This document shows, in pieces, positions 14,680 through 22,635 of a DNA stretch of 22,635 bases. The notes beneath the pieces are model-generated. The model had not been told where the DNA came from and made no database searches. It saw only the letters and a list, made by a program, of their open reading frames with translations. Origin of the DNA: an uncultured Planctomycetota bacterium (GTDB lineage: Bacteria > Planctomycetota > Brocadiia > CAIUPP01); the NCBI GenBank assembly GCA_903901045.1, contig CAIUPP010000147.1, positions 1-22,635 of the forward strand, in the 5' to 3' direction. A program made the translations under genes and the position numbers. Numbering within the stretch: the first letter of the stretch is position 1; every line of letters begins with the position of its first letter.

Positions 14680-15576
14680 ATGAACACAATGGAAGAAGCG
14701 ATTCGCAAGGCGGCGGCGCTGATCGAGGCGCTGCCGTACATACAATCTTTTCGCGGAAAGAACTTCGTCGTGAAGTTCGGCGGCGCCGCTATGGAAGACC
14801 CGGCCACCCTGGACTGCGTCCTGGATGATGTGGTCTTCCTCCAGGCCGTCGGCATCCACCCCATCCTCGTTCACGGCGGCGGGCCGGAGATCAGCCGCGA
14901 GATGAAGGCGCGCAATATCCAGCCGAAGTTCATCCGCGGCCACCGCGTCACCGATCAGGCCACGCTGGAGATCGTCCGCGACGTGCTGGCCAACCGCATC
15001 AACGCCGGCATCTGCAAGCATCTCGAACAGCTCGGCGGGCGGCCGATTCCCTTCGCCGACCCGTCGCGCGGCCTGCTCAAAGGGCGCAAGCGCCTGGCCC
15101 GCCTCGAAGGCCCCGACGGCAAGGTGGAGGAGGTGGACCTGGGCTTCGTCGGCGACATCACCGGCATGGATGTCGACGCCTTCACGCGCGCGATTCAGGC
15201 CGGGCAGGTGCCGATCGTCGCCAGCCTCGCCCTCGGCGAGCAGGGGGAGGTGCTTAACGTCAACGCCGACATCGCCGCTGGCCACGTCGCCGTCGCGCTC
15301 AAGGCGGAGAAGGTGGTCTTCCTCACCGACACCCCCGGCATCATGACCGAGCCGAAGGACAAGAACTCGTTCGCCGGCACGCTCACGGAAAGCCACATCG
15401 ACGACCTGATCCGGCGCGGCGTGATCGACGGCGGCATGCTCCCCAAGGTGGAGGCCTGCCTGACGGCGCTGCGCGCGGGCATCCGCAAGACGCACATCAT
15501 CGACGGGCGCATCAAGCACTCCCTGCTGCTGGAGATCTTCACCGATCAAGGCATCGGCACGCAGATCATTCCTTAG
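14680..15576 (+). CDS. argB: acetylglutamate kinase
   Basis: The N-terminus MNTMEEAIRKAAALIEALPYIQSFRGKNFVVKFGGAAME is typical of the long (Pseudomonas/Thermotoga-type) ArgB. The amino-acid-kinase fold motifs continue throughout (HGGGPEI, LNVNADIAAG, DGGMLPKVEAC). 298 aa. Confidence 0.9.
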   Translation: MNTMEEAIRKAAALIEALPYIQSFRGKNFVVKFGGAAMEDPATLDCVLDDVVFLQAVGIHPILVHGGGPEISREMKARNIQPKFIRGHRVTDQATLEIVRDVLANRINAGICKHLEQLGGRPIPFADPSRGLLKGRKRLARLEGPDGKVEEVDLGFVGDITGMDVDAFTRAIQAGQVPIVASLALGEQGEVLNVNADIAAGHVAVALKAEKVVFLTDTPGIMTEPKDKNSFAGTLTESHIDDLIRRGVIDGGMLPKVEACLTALRAGIRKTHIIDGRIKHSLLLEIFTDQGIGTQIIP

Positions 15577-15691
15577 ATCAATGGTCAATAGGCAATGGTC
15601 AATGGTCAACGGTCAATGGTCAATGGGCGGCAGCGTCGTTCCGTTGCCGTCGTTGACAATGGCCCATTGAGAATTGCCCATTGCCCATTGC
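15577..15691. repeat. tandem-repeat palindrome H3: about 5-6 direct copies of a 10-bp unit (CAATGGTCAA) followed, after a short GC hairpin, by inverted copies (TTGCCCATTG x3)
   Basis: Read directly from 15577-15630 (ATCAATGGTCAATAGGCAATGGTCAATGGTCAACGGTCAATGGTCAATGGGCGG) and 15651-15691. It lies between the argB stop and the lipoprotein gene and overlaps that gene's possible 5' end. Confidence 0.65.
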
Positions 15692-17172
15692 TCCGTTTCC
15701 TCCCCGCGTTCCTCCTGACGGCGTTGCTGCTTCTGCTGACCGGCTGCGTCCATGGCGGGCCGTACAATCCCGATGTGGACCTCTGGCCGGTCATGCGCAC
15801 CTGGACCGATCCGGCGCAGAACGCCGCCGGGCTGGAGGCGCTCGGCCCCCTCATCGAGTGGGAACGCGGCCCGAAGGGAAGCCATTTCGATTTTCGTCCT
15901 CTTTACTCCCAGGGCTATGACCCGCTGACGAAAATCACCGAAAGCGACAAGCCCTGGCCGTTCGGCTTCGGCACGAGCCGCCCCGACCTGGAACGCACTT
16001 TCGTCTTCCCCTTCTATCTGAAGGACCACGAGACGCTCGCCGACGGCGCCACGCAGAACACCGTCGTCATCCTGCCGCTTTGGTATTCCAAGTCCGCGCA
16101 CGGCGAGGATCCGGCCAGTTGGCTGTTCTTCCCGTTCGCCGGCTCGCTCCATCACGTCTTCCAGCGCGACCGCGTCATCATCATTCTGTGGCCTCTCTAC
16201 ATCTATCAGGCCAGCTATAAGCCCGGCGATGAAGCGAAGCACTGGAGCTTCATTTATCCCATCTTCGCCTACGTCCGCTGGGCGGATGGCGGGCGCGGCT
16301 ACAAGTTCTGGCCGCTGTACGGCATGAATCGCCGCCCCGAGCCGAAGAAGATGATCAACAACTTCGTCCTCTGGCCGATCTGGCAGTACCAGTACAAACG
16401 GATCGAGCAGGGAGAGATCAAGCGCTGGTGGGTCTTCCCGCTCGTCGGCCACCTCGATGAGCCCCGGGGGTATGAATGGGCCTTCCTCTGGCCTTTCTTC
16501 GGGAAACGGGTGGACCGCAACCTGGATCAAACGACCTGGTGGTATCCCTGGCCGTTCCTGGGAAATCGCACCGGCGGCAGCGTCTTCGGGTGGACTGTTT
16601 GGCCGCTCTGTACGTATGAACGGCGCGGTCAGACGCGCAGCGGCCAGTACCTCTGGCCGCTGGGGTGGTACCGCGCCGAGGACCATCCGCTGGAAAGCAA
16701 TCGCAGCATCCGCCTGATTCCGCTTGCCTTCCGCGAGAAGGAGACCTGGCCCCAGGGGCCCGACACGGGGGCCTGGCAGTTCTGGCCGCTGATGAAGTGG
16801 CGCAACGAGAAAGAGTTCAACCAGTTCGAGACGCTCAGCCTCTTCCCCATGCGCAACTACGTCCCCTGGGAGCGGCATTTCGCTCCGTTCTTCCGGATTT
16901 TCGAGTACCGCCGCGACAAGGAGGAGCAGATTCGCTCCTGGCGGTTCCTCTGGCGCGTCGTGCGGGTGGACTCTGGGCCGAACCTTCGCTATGCTGAGGT
17001 CACGCCGCTGTTCGATTTCCATCGCGCGACCGGGGAAAAGCCGGAGGCGCAATGGAGCATCCTCAAAGGGCTGGTCGGCTACGATCGCACTCCGGAGCGC
17101 CGCCGCCTTCATCTGTTATACTTCGTGCGGATCGGCCTCGGTCGCGGAATGCAGGAGACTTCGTCGCAATGA
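15667..17172 (+). CDS. tryptophan-rich repeat lipoprotein (about 500 aa; roughly 20 repeats of an aromatic-W-P-aromatic motif), first gene of the mla-type operon
   Basis: Lipoprotein signal peptide ...FLPAFLLTALLLLLTGC. The mature protein has recurring motifs FWPLYG, LWPIWQYQY, FLWPFFG, WWYPWPFLG, VWPLCTYE, YLWPLGWYR and FWPLMKWR at roughly 20-25-aa spacing. Its stop overlaps the mlaE ATG (ATGA). The start is uncertain: TTG at 15667 gives MRIAHCPLLRF...; the ORF-track ATG 15595 would translate the tandem repeat. Confidence 0.55.
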   Translation: MRIAHCPLLRFLPAFLLTALLLLLTGCVHGGPYNPDVDLWPVMRTWTDPAQNAAGLEALGPLIEWERGPKGSHFDFRPLYSQGYDPLTKITESDKPWPFGFGTSRPDLERTFVFPFYLKDHETLADGATQNTVVILPLWYSKSAHGEDPASWLFFPFAGSLHHVFQRDRVIIILWPLYIYQASYKPGDEAKHWSFIYPIFAYVRWADGGRGYKFWPLYGMNRRPEPKKMINNFVLWPIWQYQYKRIEQGEIKRWWVFPLVGHLDEPRGYEWAFLWPFFGKRVDRNLDQTTWWYPWPFLGNRTGGSVFGWTVWPLCTYERRGQTRSGQYLWPLGWYRAEDHPLESNRSIRLIPLAFREKETWPQGPDTGAWQFWPLMKWRNEKEFNQFETLSLFPMRNYVPWERHFAPFFRIFEYRRDKEEQIRSWRFLWRVVRVDSGPNLRYAEVTPLFDFHRATGEKPEAQWSILKGLVGYDRTPERRRLHLLYFVRIGLGRGMQETSSQ

Positions 17173-17957
17173 ACATGGATGACTTGCCCAACTCCTTCCT
17201 GGTGTTCGTGGGAACGAAGGTGCTCGACGGCTGCAATGAGGCCGGCGCCATGCTCATTCTGCTGGTCCAGTGCGTGCGCGAGGCCCCGCAAGCCATGCGC
17301 CGCAAGCATCGGCTGATCATCCAGATGAAACGCGTGGGGCCGGACTCCCTGTTCATCGCCGGCGCCCTCGCCCTGTTCATCGGCATGGTGCTGGCGCTCC
17401 ACAGCGGCTACAGCCTGCGCCAATTCGACTTCGAGGAGGCGCTCGCTCCGATCGTGGCGCTCAGCATGGTCAAGGAAATGGCCCCGGTCATCACCGCGCT
17501 GCTGCTTTCGGGGCGCATCGGCGCGGCCATTGCCGCCGAGATCGGCACCATGCAGGTCAATGAGGAGATCGACGCGCTCCACACCCTGGGCATCAGCCCG
17601 GTCCGCTACCTGGCTATTCCCCGGCTGATCGGCTGCGTCGCCATGCTTCCGCTGCTCACCATCTACGCAGGCATCGTGGGAATGTACGGCGGCGCCCTCG
17701 TGGCCGCCACCTACTTCGATATCAGCTACACGGTCTATTTCCAGCGGGCTTTTGACTCGATGGAGATGAAGGACGTGATGGAAGGACTGCTCAAGGCCTT
17801 GCTCTTCGGCGCGATCATCGCGATCGTCGCCTGCCATCGCGGCTTCAGCACGCGCGGCGGCGCGGAGGGGGTCGGGCGCGCCATCACCACGTGCGTCGTC
17901 ACCAGTTTCATTGCCATCATCATCTGCGACTACTTTGTGACCAGGTTCATGATGTGA
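17169..17957 (+). CDS. mlaE: MlaE-family ABC transporter permease (lipid-asymmetry/MCE-associated permease)
   Basis: Length and helical pattern with the conserved MlaE-type region (...EIDALHTLGISPVRYLAIPRLIGCVAMLPLLTIY...). The start overlaps the upstream stop by 4 nt. Confidence 0.85.
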   Translation: MNMDDLPNSFLVFVGTKVLDGCNEAGAMLILLVQCVREAPQAMRRKHRLIIQMKRVGPDSLFIAGALALFIGMVLALHSGYSLRQFDFEEALAPIVALSMVKEMAPVITALLLSGRIGAAIAAEIGTMQVNEEIDALHTLGISPVRYLAIPRLIGCVAMLPLLTIYAGIVGMYGGALVAATYFDISYTVYFQRAFDSMEMKDVMEGLLKALLFGAIIAIVACHRGFSTRGGAEGVGRAITTCVVTSFIAIIICDYFVTRFMM

Positions 17958-18718
17958 GCGAGAACGCAGGAAAAACCTACGATGTGATCGCCGAAAAGCT
18001 CAACAAGAGCTTCGGGGCCAACCACGTCCTCAGGGACTTCACCCTGAGCGTGGAGAAGGGGCAAACCTTCGTTATTGTCGGCCCCTCCGGCTCCGGCAAG
18101 AGCGTTTTTCTCAAGCACCTCGTCGGCCTGATCACTCCGGACTCCGGCGAGGTCGTCGTCCTGAGCAAGAAGATCAACGAGCTTCCCCCCGAGGAACTGC
18201 TGGCGCTGCGCCGGCGCATCGGCATGGTCTTCCAGTCCAGCGCCCTGCTCAACAGCCTCACCGTCGAGGAGAACGTCGGCCTGGGATTGACCGAGCATGG
18301 CCTGATCGGCCAAGAGGAAGTGCTCAAGATCGTCAATGAGAAACTGGCCCTGGTCGAAATGTCCGGCAAGAACCAGCTGCTCCCCGAGGAGCTCAGCGGC
18401 GGCATGCGCAAGCGCGTGGCCGTGGCGCGGACGCTGGCGCTCGGACCCGACATGATCCTCTTCGACGAGCCCACCGTCGGCCTCGATCCGCTGCTCTCCA
18501 GCAACGTGGATGAGCTGATCCTGGGGCTGAAGAAGAACGTGAAATGCACCAACATCGTCGTCACGCACGACCTGATCACCGCGTTCCGCGTCGCCGACCG
18601 CATCGGCATGTTCCACGACGGCAAGATCGTCGCCATTGGCGCCCCCGAGGAGTTCCGGCGCAGCCAGGACAAATCGGTGCAGGAGTTCATCGCCCGCAAT
18701 AGAGACTGGAGAATCTGA
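17954..18718 (+). CDS. mlaF: MlaF-family ABC transporter ATP-binding protein
   Basis: Walker A GPSGSGKS, ABC signature LSGGMRKRVAVAR, Walker B ILFDEPTVGLD and H-loop VTHD are present. The GTG start overlaps the mlaE stop (GTGA). 254 aa. Confidence 0.9.
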   Translation: MSENAGKTYDVIAEKLNKSFGANHVLRDFTLSVEKGQTFVIVGPSGSGKSVFLKHLVGLITPDSGEVVVLSKKINELPPEELLALRRRIGMVFQSSALLNSLTVEENVGLGLTEHGLIGQEEVLKIVNEKLALVEMSGKNQLLPEELSGGMRKRVAVARTLALGPDMILFDEPTVGLDPLLSSNVDELILGLKKNVKCTNIVVTHDLITAFRVADRIGMFHDGKIVAIGAPEEFRRSQDKSVQEFIARNRDWRI

Positions 18719-18719
18719 A

Positions 18720-19844
18720 ATGAAACTCAACACCGAAGGCAAAGTCGGGCTTTTCTTCCTGGTCGGCCTGGCGATCCTGGGGGTCATCACCTTCAAGGTG
18801 GAGAACCTGGGCGCCCTGATGCACCGGACCACCATGTACACCGTGGAATTCCCCCACGCCGCCAATATCAAAGCCGGCGACACGGTCTCCATGGCGGGAG
18901 TCAAAATCGGCGAGGTCAAGCAGGTCAAGCTCACCGACAGCGCGGTGCGGTTCATCCTGGCCGTCGAGAGCAACGTCCGCATCCACAAGGACAGCGTGGC
19001 CAGCATCGCCTGGGGCGGCCTGCTGGGCAACCGCTACATCGACCTGACCATCGGCACCTCCGCCTCCGGCGTCCTCTCCCCCGGCGAGGCCATCGTCAAC
19101 ACCACCCCCACCGTGGAAATCACCGAGGTGCTCAAGAAACTGGACCTGGCCGCCACGTCGCTCCAGGAGATGTTCAAGGGCGCCAATTTCGGGCCGAAGT
19201 TCTCCAACCTCTTGGACAACCTCAACAAGATCAGCGAGGACATCAGCCAGCAGAAGGGGACGCTGGGCAAGCTGGTCGGGTCCGACGAGATGTACAACAA
19301 GGTGGTCTCCATCGCCGACGACCTGAAGAGCACCTCGGAGCGCATCAGCAAACTGGTCAAGGACAACGACCAGCGCATCAACTCCATCATCGAGAACCTC
19401 GACGCCGCAATCCCGGAGGCCAAGGACGCCTTCGCCGCCATCAAGAAGCTCGGCCAGCAGGCCGATACCGGCAAGGGGCTGCTGCCGGCGCTGCTCAACG
19501 ACGAGCAGATGTACAAGGACTTCAAAGACTCCCTGGCCTCGCTGCGCGGCTCGCTGGACAAGATCGAATCGGTCGCCACCGCCATGAAGGATGGCAAGGG
19601 GCTGATCGGCAAGCTCTCCAATGACGAGCAACTCGCTAAGGATTTCAGCGACACGATCACGCACGTCAAGAACATCACGCAGCGCATCGACAACGGGGAG
19701 GGGACGCTGGGCAAGCTGACCACCGACGATACCCTGTACAAGCAGGCGCAGAAGGTTCTGGATGACGTGCGCGAGGCGGTGCGCAGCATGCGCGAGCAGG
19801 TGCCGGTGGGGACGTTCGCAAGCCTGCTGCTCGGCGCGTTCTAA
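18720..19844 (+). CDS. mlaD: MlaD/MCE-family protein with an extended C-terminal helical repeat region (374 aa)
   Basis: An N-terminal TM helix and an MCE domain (VEFPHAANIKAGDTVSMAGVKIGEVKQVKL...) are followed by four ~35-aa repeats with the core G-x-G-(T/L)-L-G-K-L-x-x-D-(E/D)-x-(M/L)-Y-K. The ATG lies 1 nt after the mlaF stop. Confidence 0.85.
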   Translation: MKLNTEGKVGLFFLVGLAILGVITFKVENLGALMHRTTMYTVEFPHAANIKAGDTVSMAGVKIGEVKQVKLTDSAVRFILAVESNVRIHKDSVASIAWGGLLGNRYIDLTIGTSASGVLSPGEAIVNTTPTVEITEVLKKLDLAATSLQEMFKGANFGPKFSNLLDNLNKISEDISQQKGTLGKLVGSDEMYNKVVSIADDLKSTSERISKLVKDNDQRINSIIENLDAAIPEAKDAFAAIKKLGQQADTGKGLLPALLNDEQMYKDFKDSLASLRGSLDKIESVATAMKDGKGLIGKLSNDEQLAKDFSDTITHVKNITQRIDNGEGTLGKLTTDDTLYKQAQKVLDDVREAVRSMREQVPVGTFASLLLGAF

Positions 19845-20063
19845 CGAAAACGGAACGGCAACAGCGGGAACCGCCGATCCTTCGACAAGCTCAGGACCGC
19901 GAGCTATGTCGAGCGGTGCACGCAGATAAACGCGGATACGAGCAATAAGGCCAGGAAACAGCGCGCTTCGGAATTTTCTGCCTTATTTCCGATCTGCGTT
20001 CATCCGCGTTCATCGGCGGTTTCAATCTCTTTGTCGTTCTCTGTGGTGAAAAAAGGAAAGCGA

Positions 20064-21242
<1,179 letters not shown>

Positions 21243-21269
21243 GGGGGGGACTTCGAAGGGAGATGAATT

Positions 21270-21740
21270 ATGGCGTCCACGAGTCGGAACTTCCCATTCT
21301 TGACGGGCAGTCCCATGCAGAGGAGCCTCAGATGGGTCTGCGGATGCTTCCTGGCCATCATCATATTGATTCTCACGAGCGTGGGCTTTGCTCGCTTCGT
21401 CCATTACCATGCGCAGAACACTCTCCTGGGACCCGGTGACTACACAGTCGAAGTGCTTACGGCGGCAGACTATCAAAGACTTGCCGATCCCAAAGTGCGA
21501 GTGGTGACACTGACCAGCGGGATGACCATCGCAAAGGGTGATGCGTTCGATGTGAAACGCTACCAGCCTGTTGGCGATGGCAACCACTATGTCTTCGTTA
21601 TGTTGACCGGAACGGCCCCCATGATGCCGTTGCTCTATCGAACGCTATTCCCGCTGCTCGTGCTGGCTGTCGTCGGGATTTTCGCTGCCTCTGTAGCGCT
21701 CAAACATTGCCCGAAAGGGGAAACTGAGACGGAGACATGA
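21270..21740 (+). CDS. hypothetical small membrane protein (156 aa), lower GC than argD
   Basis: The SD AAGGGAG lies 8 nt upstream of ATG 21270. There are two hydrophobic segments and a strong hairpin terminator downstream. No family recognised. Confidence 0.5.
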   Translation: MASTSRNFPFLTGSPMQRSLRWVCGCFLAIIILILTSVGFARFVHYHAQNTLLGPGDYTVEVLTAADYQRLADPKVRVVTLTSGMTIAKGDAFDVKRYQPVGDGNHYVFVMLTGTAPMMPLLYRTLFPLLVLAVVGIFAASVALKHCPKGETETET

Positions 21741-21771
21741 GGACGAAATGAAAAGGGGTCAGGCTGGAGAT

Positions 21772-21825
21772 GAAAAGGGGGTCAGGCTGCTTTTCGCCGT
21801 TGCGAAAAGATGCCTGACCCCCTTT
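21772..21825 (+). terminator. intrinsic-terminator-like hairpin (15-bp stem AAAAGGGGGTCAGGC / GCCTGACCCCCTTTT) with a nested mini-hairpin in the loop (CTTTTCGC-CGTT-GCGAAAAG)
   Basis: Read directly. It is preceded by a direct copy of the left arm (AAAAGGGGTCAGGCTG at 21750). The A-tract/T-tract flanks make it potentially bidirectional. Confidence 0.55.
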
Positions 21826-21872
21826 TCCCCGCTAACGGCAAGAGAAGCGCACCACCGGCCCCTCTTGTCCGC

Positions 21873-22035
21873 CAGCGTTCGATGATTGGTCATTGCGAAC
21901 CGTTCGACGTTGCTCACGGCCCTGAGCTTGCCGAAGGGGGAGGCGCGTCACGGAAGGTTGGGCGCTCTGCGGGGTAACCGCGCCGACTGCGGCAATCTTC
22001 CGGTTTCAACACCCGTGACGCGGAAGAATAGCTTC
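21873..22035 (+). repeat. gamma-family repeat, 3'-truncated copy R3
   Basis: It aligns in the same orientation with R1 232-375 (GGTCATTGCGAACCGTTCGACGTTGCTCACGGCCCTGAG... against AGTCATCGCGAGCCATTCGACGTTGCTCATGGCCCTGAG...) at roughly 75% identity by eye. It includes the GCGGCAATCTTCC stem half. Confidence 0.55.
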
Positions 22036-22130
22036 CCCTCTGCGCGGGGGTGTGGAACTCCGGGGAGGCACGAGTTATCCTAAGGCGGCCTGACAACGCG
22101 CTCGGGGCCAGAACACGGGAGGGCATTCCG

Positions 22131-22433
22131 ATGAATGAGGAACAGGGAAGCGGCAAGCCGCAAGAAACACTTGTCACCGACCGGCAAATGTACAACCTTG
22201 TCACCGATACCGTTGCCGGTCCGAACATCCGCCTGAAGGATAACCTCATTCAAGGGATTTCCATCTTCGCGAGCCTGCTCCTCGGCGCCGGCATCGGCGC
22301 GCTTGTGATACATGATCGGCTCGCGGGGGCGCTGGTGGGCGGATTTGTGGGTCTTGTGCTCGGCCTTCTCGGCAGCGGCATCGTCCTGATGATTTACCGC
22401 ATCATCAGGCATGCCCAAGGGCGGCACGACTGA
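22131..22433 (+). CDS. hypothetical small membrane protein (100 aa; Gly/Ala-rich TM helices)
   Basis: The SD GGGAGGG lies 7 nt upstream of ATG 22131. Two glycine-zipper-like hydrophobic helices (GISIFASLLLGAGIGALVI; LVGGFVGLVLGLLGSGIVLMI). No family recognised. Confidence 0.5.
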   Translation: MNEEQGSGKPQETLVTDRQMYNLVTDTVAGPNIRLKDNLIQGISIFASLLLGAGIGALVIHDRLAGALVGGFVGLVLGLLGSGIVLMIYRIIRHAQGRHD

Positions 22434-22537
22434 CGGGAATCCCCTGAAATCGGGAAATCGGAGGTCACACGCCCCATTTCTCACCCGACGGTCGCTGGGC
22501 GGCCTGAGGAACCGTGCTTCAGGGTTACGGCCACGGG

Positions 22538-22634
22538 GCTCACGCAAAGACGCGAAGGCGCAAAGAACGGCGAATGCGAAGCACAGACATCCTTTCCTTT
22601 GTCGTTCTTTGCGCCTTCGCGTCTTTGCGTGAGC
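22538..22634. repeat. perfect 32-bp inverted repeat (GCTCACGCAAAGACGCGAAGGCGCAAAGAACG / reverse complement) with a 33-nt spacer, at the window edge
   Basis: Read directly. The arm motif ACGCGAAGGCGCAAAG resembles the alpha terminus motif ACGCGAAAGGCGCGAAA. Confidence 0.6.
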
Positions 22635-22635
22635 C

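Noticed and set aside
15577-15640. Possible CRISPR array (short direct repeats)
   Set aside because: The repeat unit is only 10 bp, with no unique spacers between copies and an inverted counterpart downstream. This is a tandem-repeat palindrome, not a CRISPR locus. No cas genes are present.
15595-15666. ATG at 15595 as the start of the lipoprotein gene (MVNGQRSMVNG...)
   Set aside because: The first 24 codons would be a direct translation of the CAATGGTCAA tandem array. A signal peptide would then start about residue 30, which is atypical. The TTG at 15667 gives a conventional n-h-c lipoprotein signal, although no SD is evident, so the start remains uncertain.
15613-17112. 499-aa ORF on the minus strand
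   Set aside because: Antisense to the Trp-rich lipoprotein gene. The plus-strand frame has a lipobox signal peptide and operon coupling; the minus frame is low-complexity.
17930-19030. 366-aa ORF on the minus strand, and the 325-aa and 251-aa minus-strand ORFs at 18687-19789
   Set aside because: They are antisense to mlaF and mlaD, both of which have unambiguous conserved motifs.

Overview
This 22.6 kb window is a high-GC (roughly 63%) bacterial chromosomal segment. The Mla-type lipid-transport operon and several lipobox lipoproteins point to a diderm organism. Housekeeping genes (alr, hisB, argB, argD, mlaEFD, an SPFH/flotillin-family gene, a NeuD/PglD-like acetyltransferase, a stand-alone RAM-domain gene) are interspersed with lower-GC hypothetical membrane and secreted genes. 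Every intergenic gap carries structured repeats. I can delimit three repeat families by eye. (alpha) A TIR-bounded element family with termini TTAACTACGAAACACGCGAAAGGCGCGAAA. One copy carries a GxxExxY (PD-(D/E)xK-like) gene; other copies are ORF-less deletion derivatives. (beta) A GC-rich hairpin (ATCGTGCGCGG...CCGCGCACGAT) nested inside a variant alpha terminus, in two copies. (gamma) An approximately 250-290 bp TIR element (GTCATCGCGAG ... CTTCGCAATGAC) in four full or partial copies. There are also unrelated long palindromes whose arms are built from short tandem repeats; these bracket hisB and follow argB. Several of these elements abut or supply the stop codon of the upstream gene, and one supplies a -35 box that completes a near-consensus promoter. 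Most interesting: the GxxExxY gene as cargo of a MITE-like element family, and a tryptophan-rich lipoprotein with about 20 Phi-W-P-Phi repeats that is translationally coupled to mlaE-mlaF-mlaD and may be an unrecognised outer-membrane partner of the Mla system. No rRNA, tRNA or CRISPR array was seen. All coordinates and alignments were derived by eye from the sequence and ORF track.
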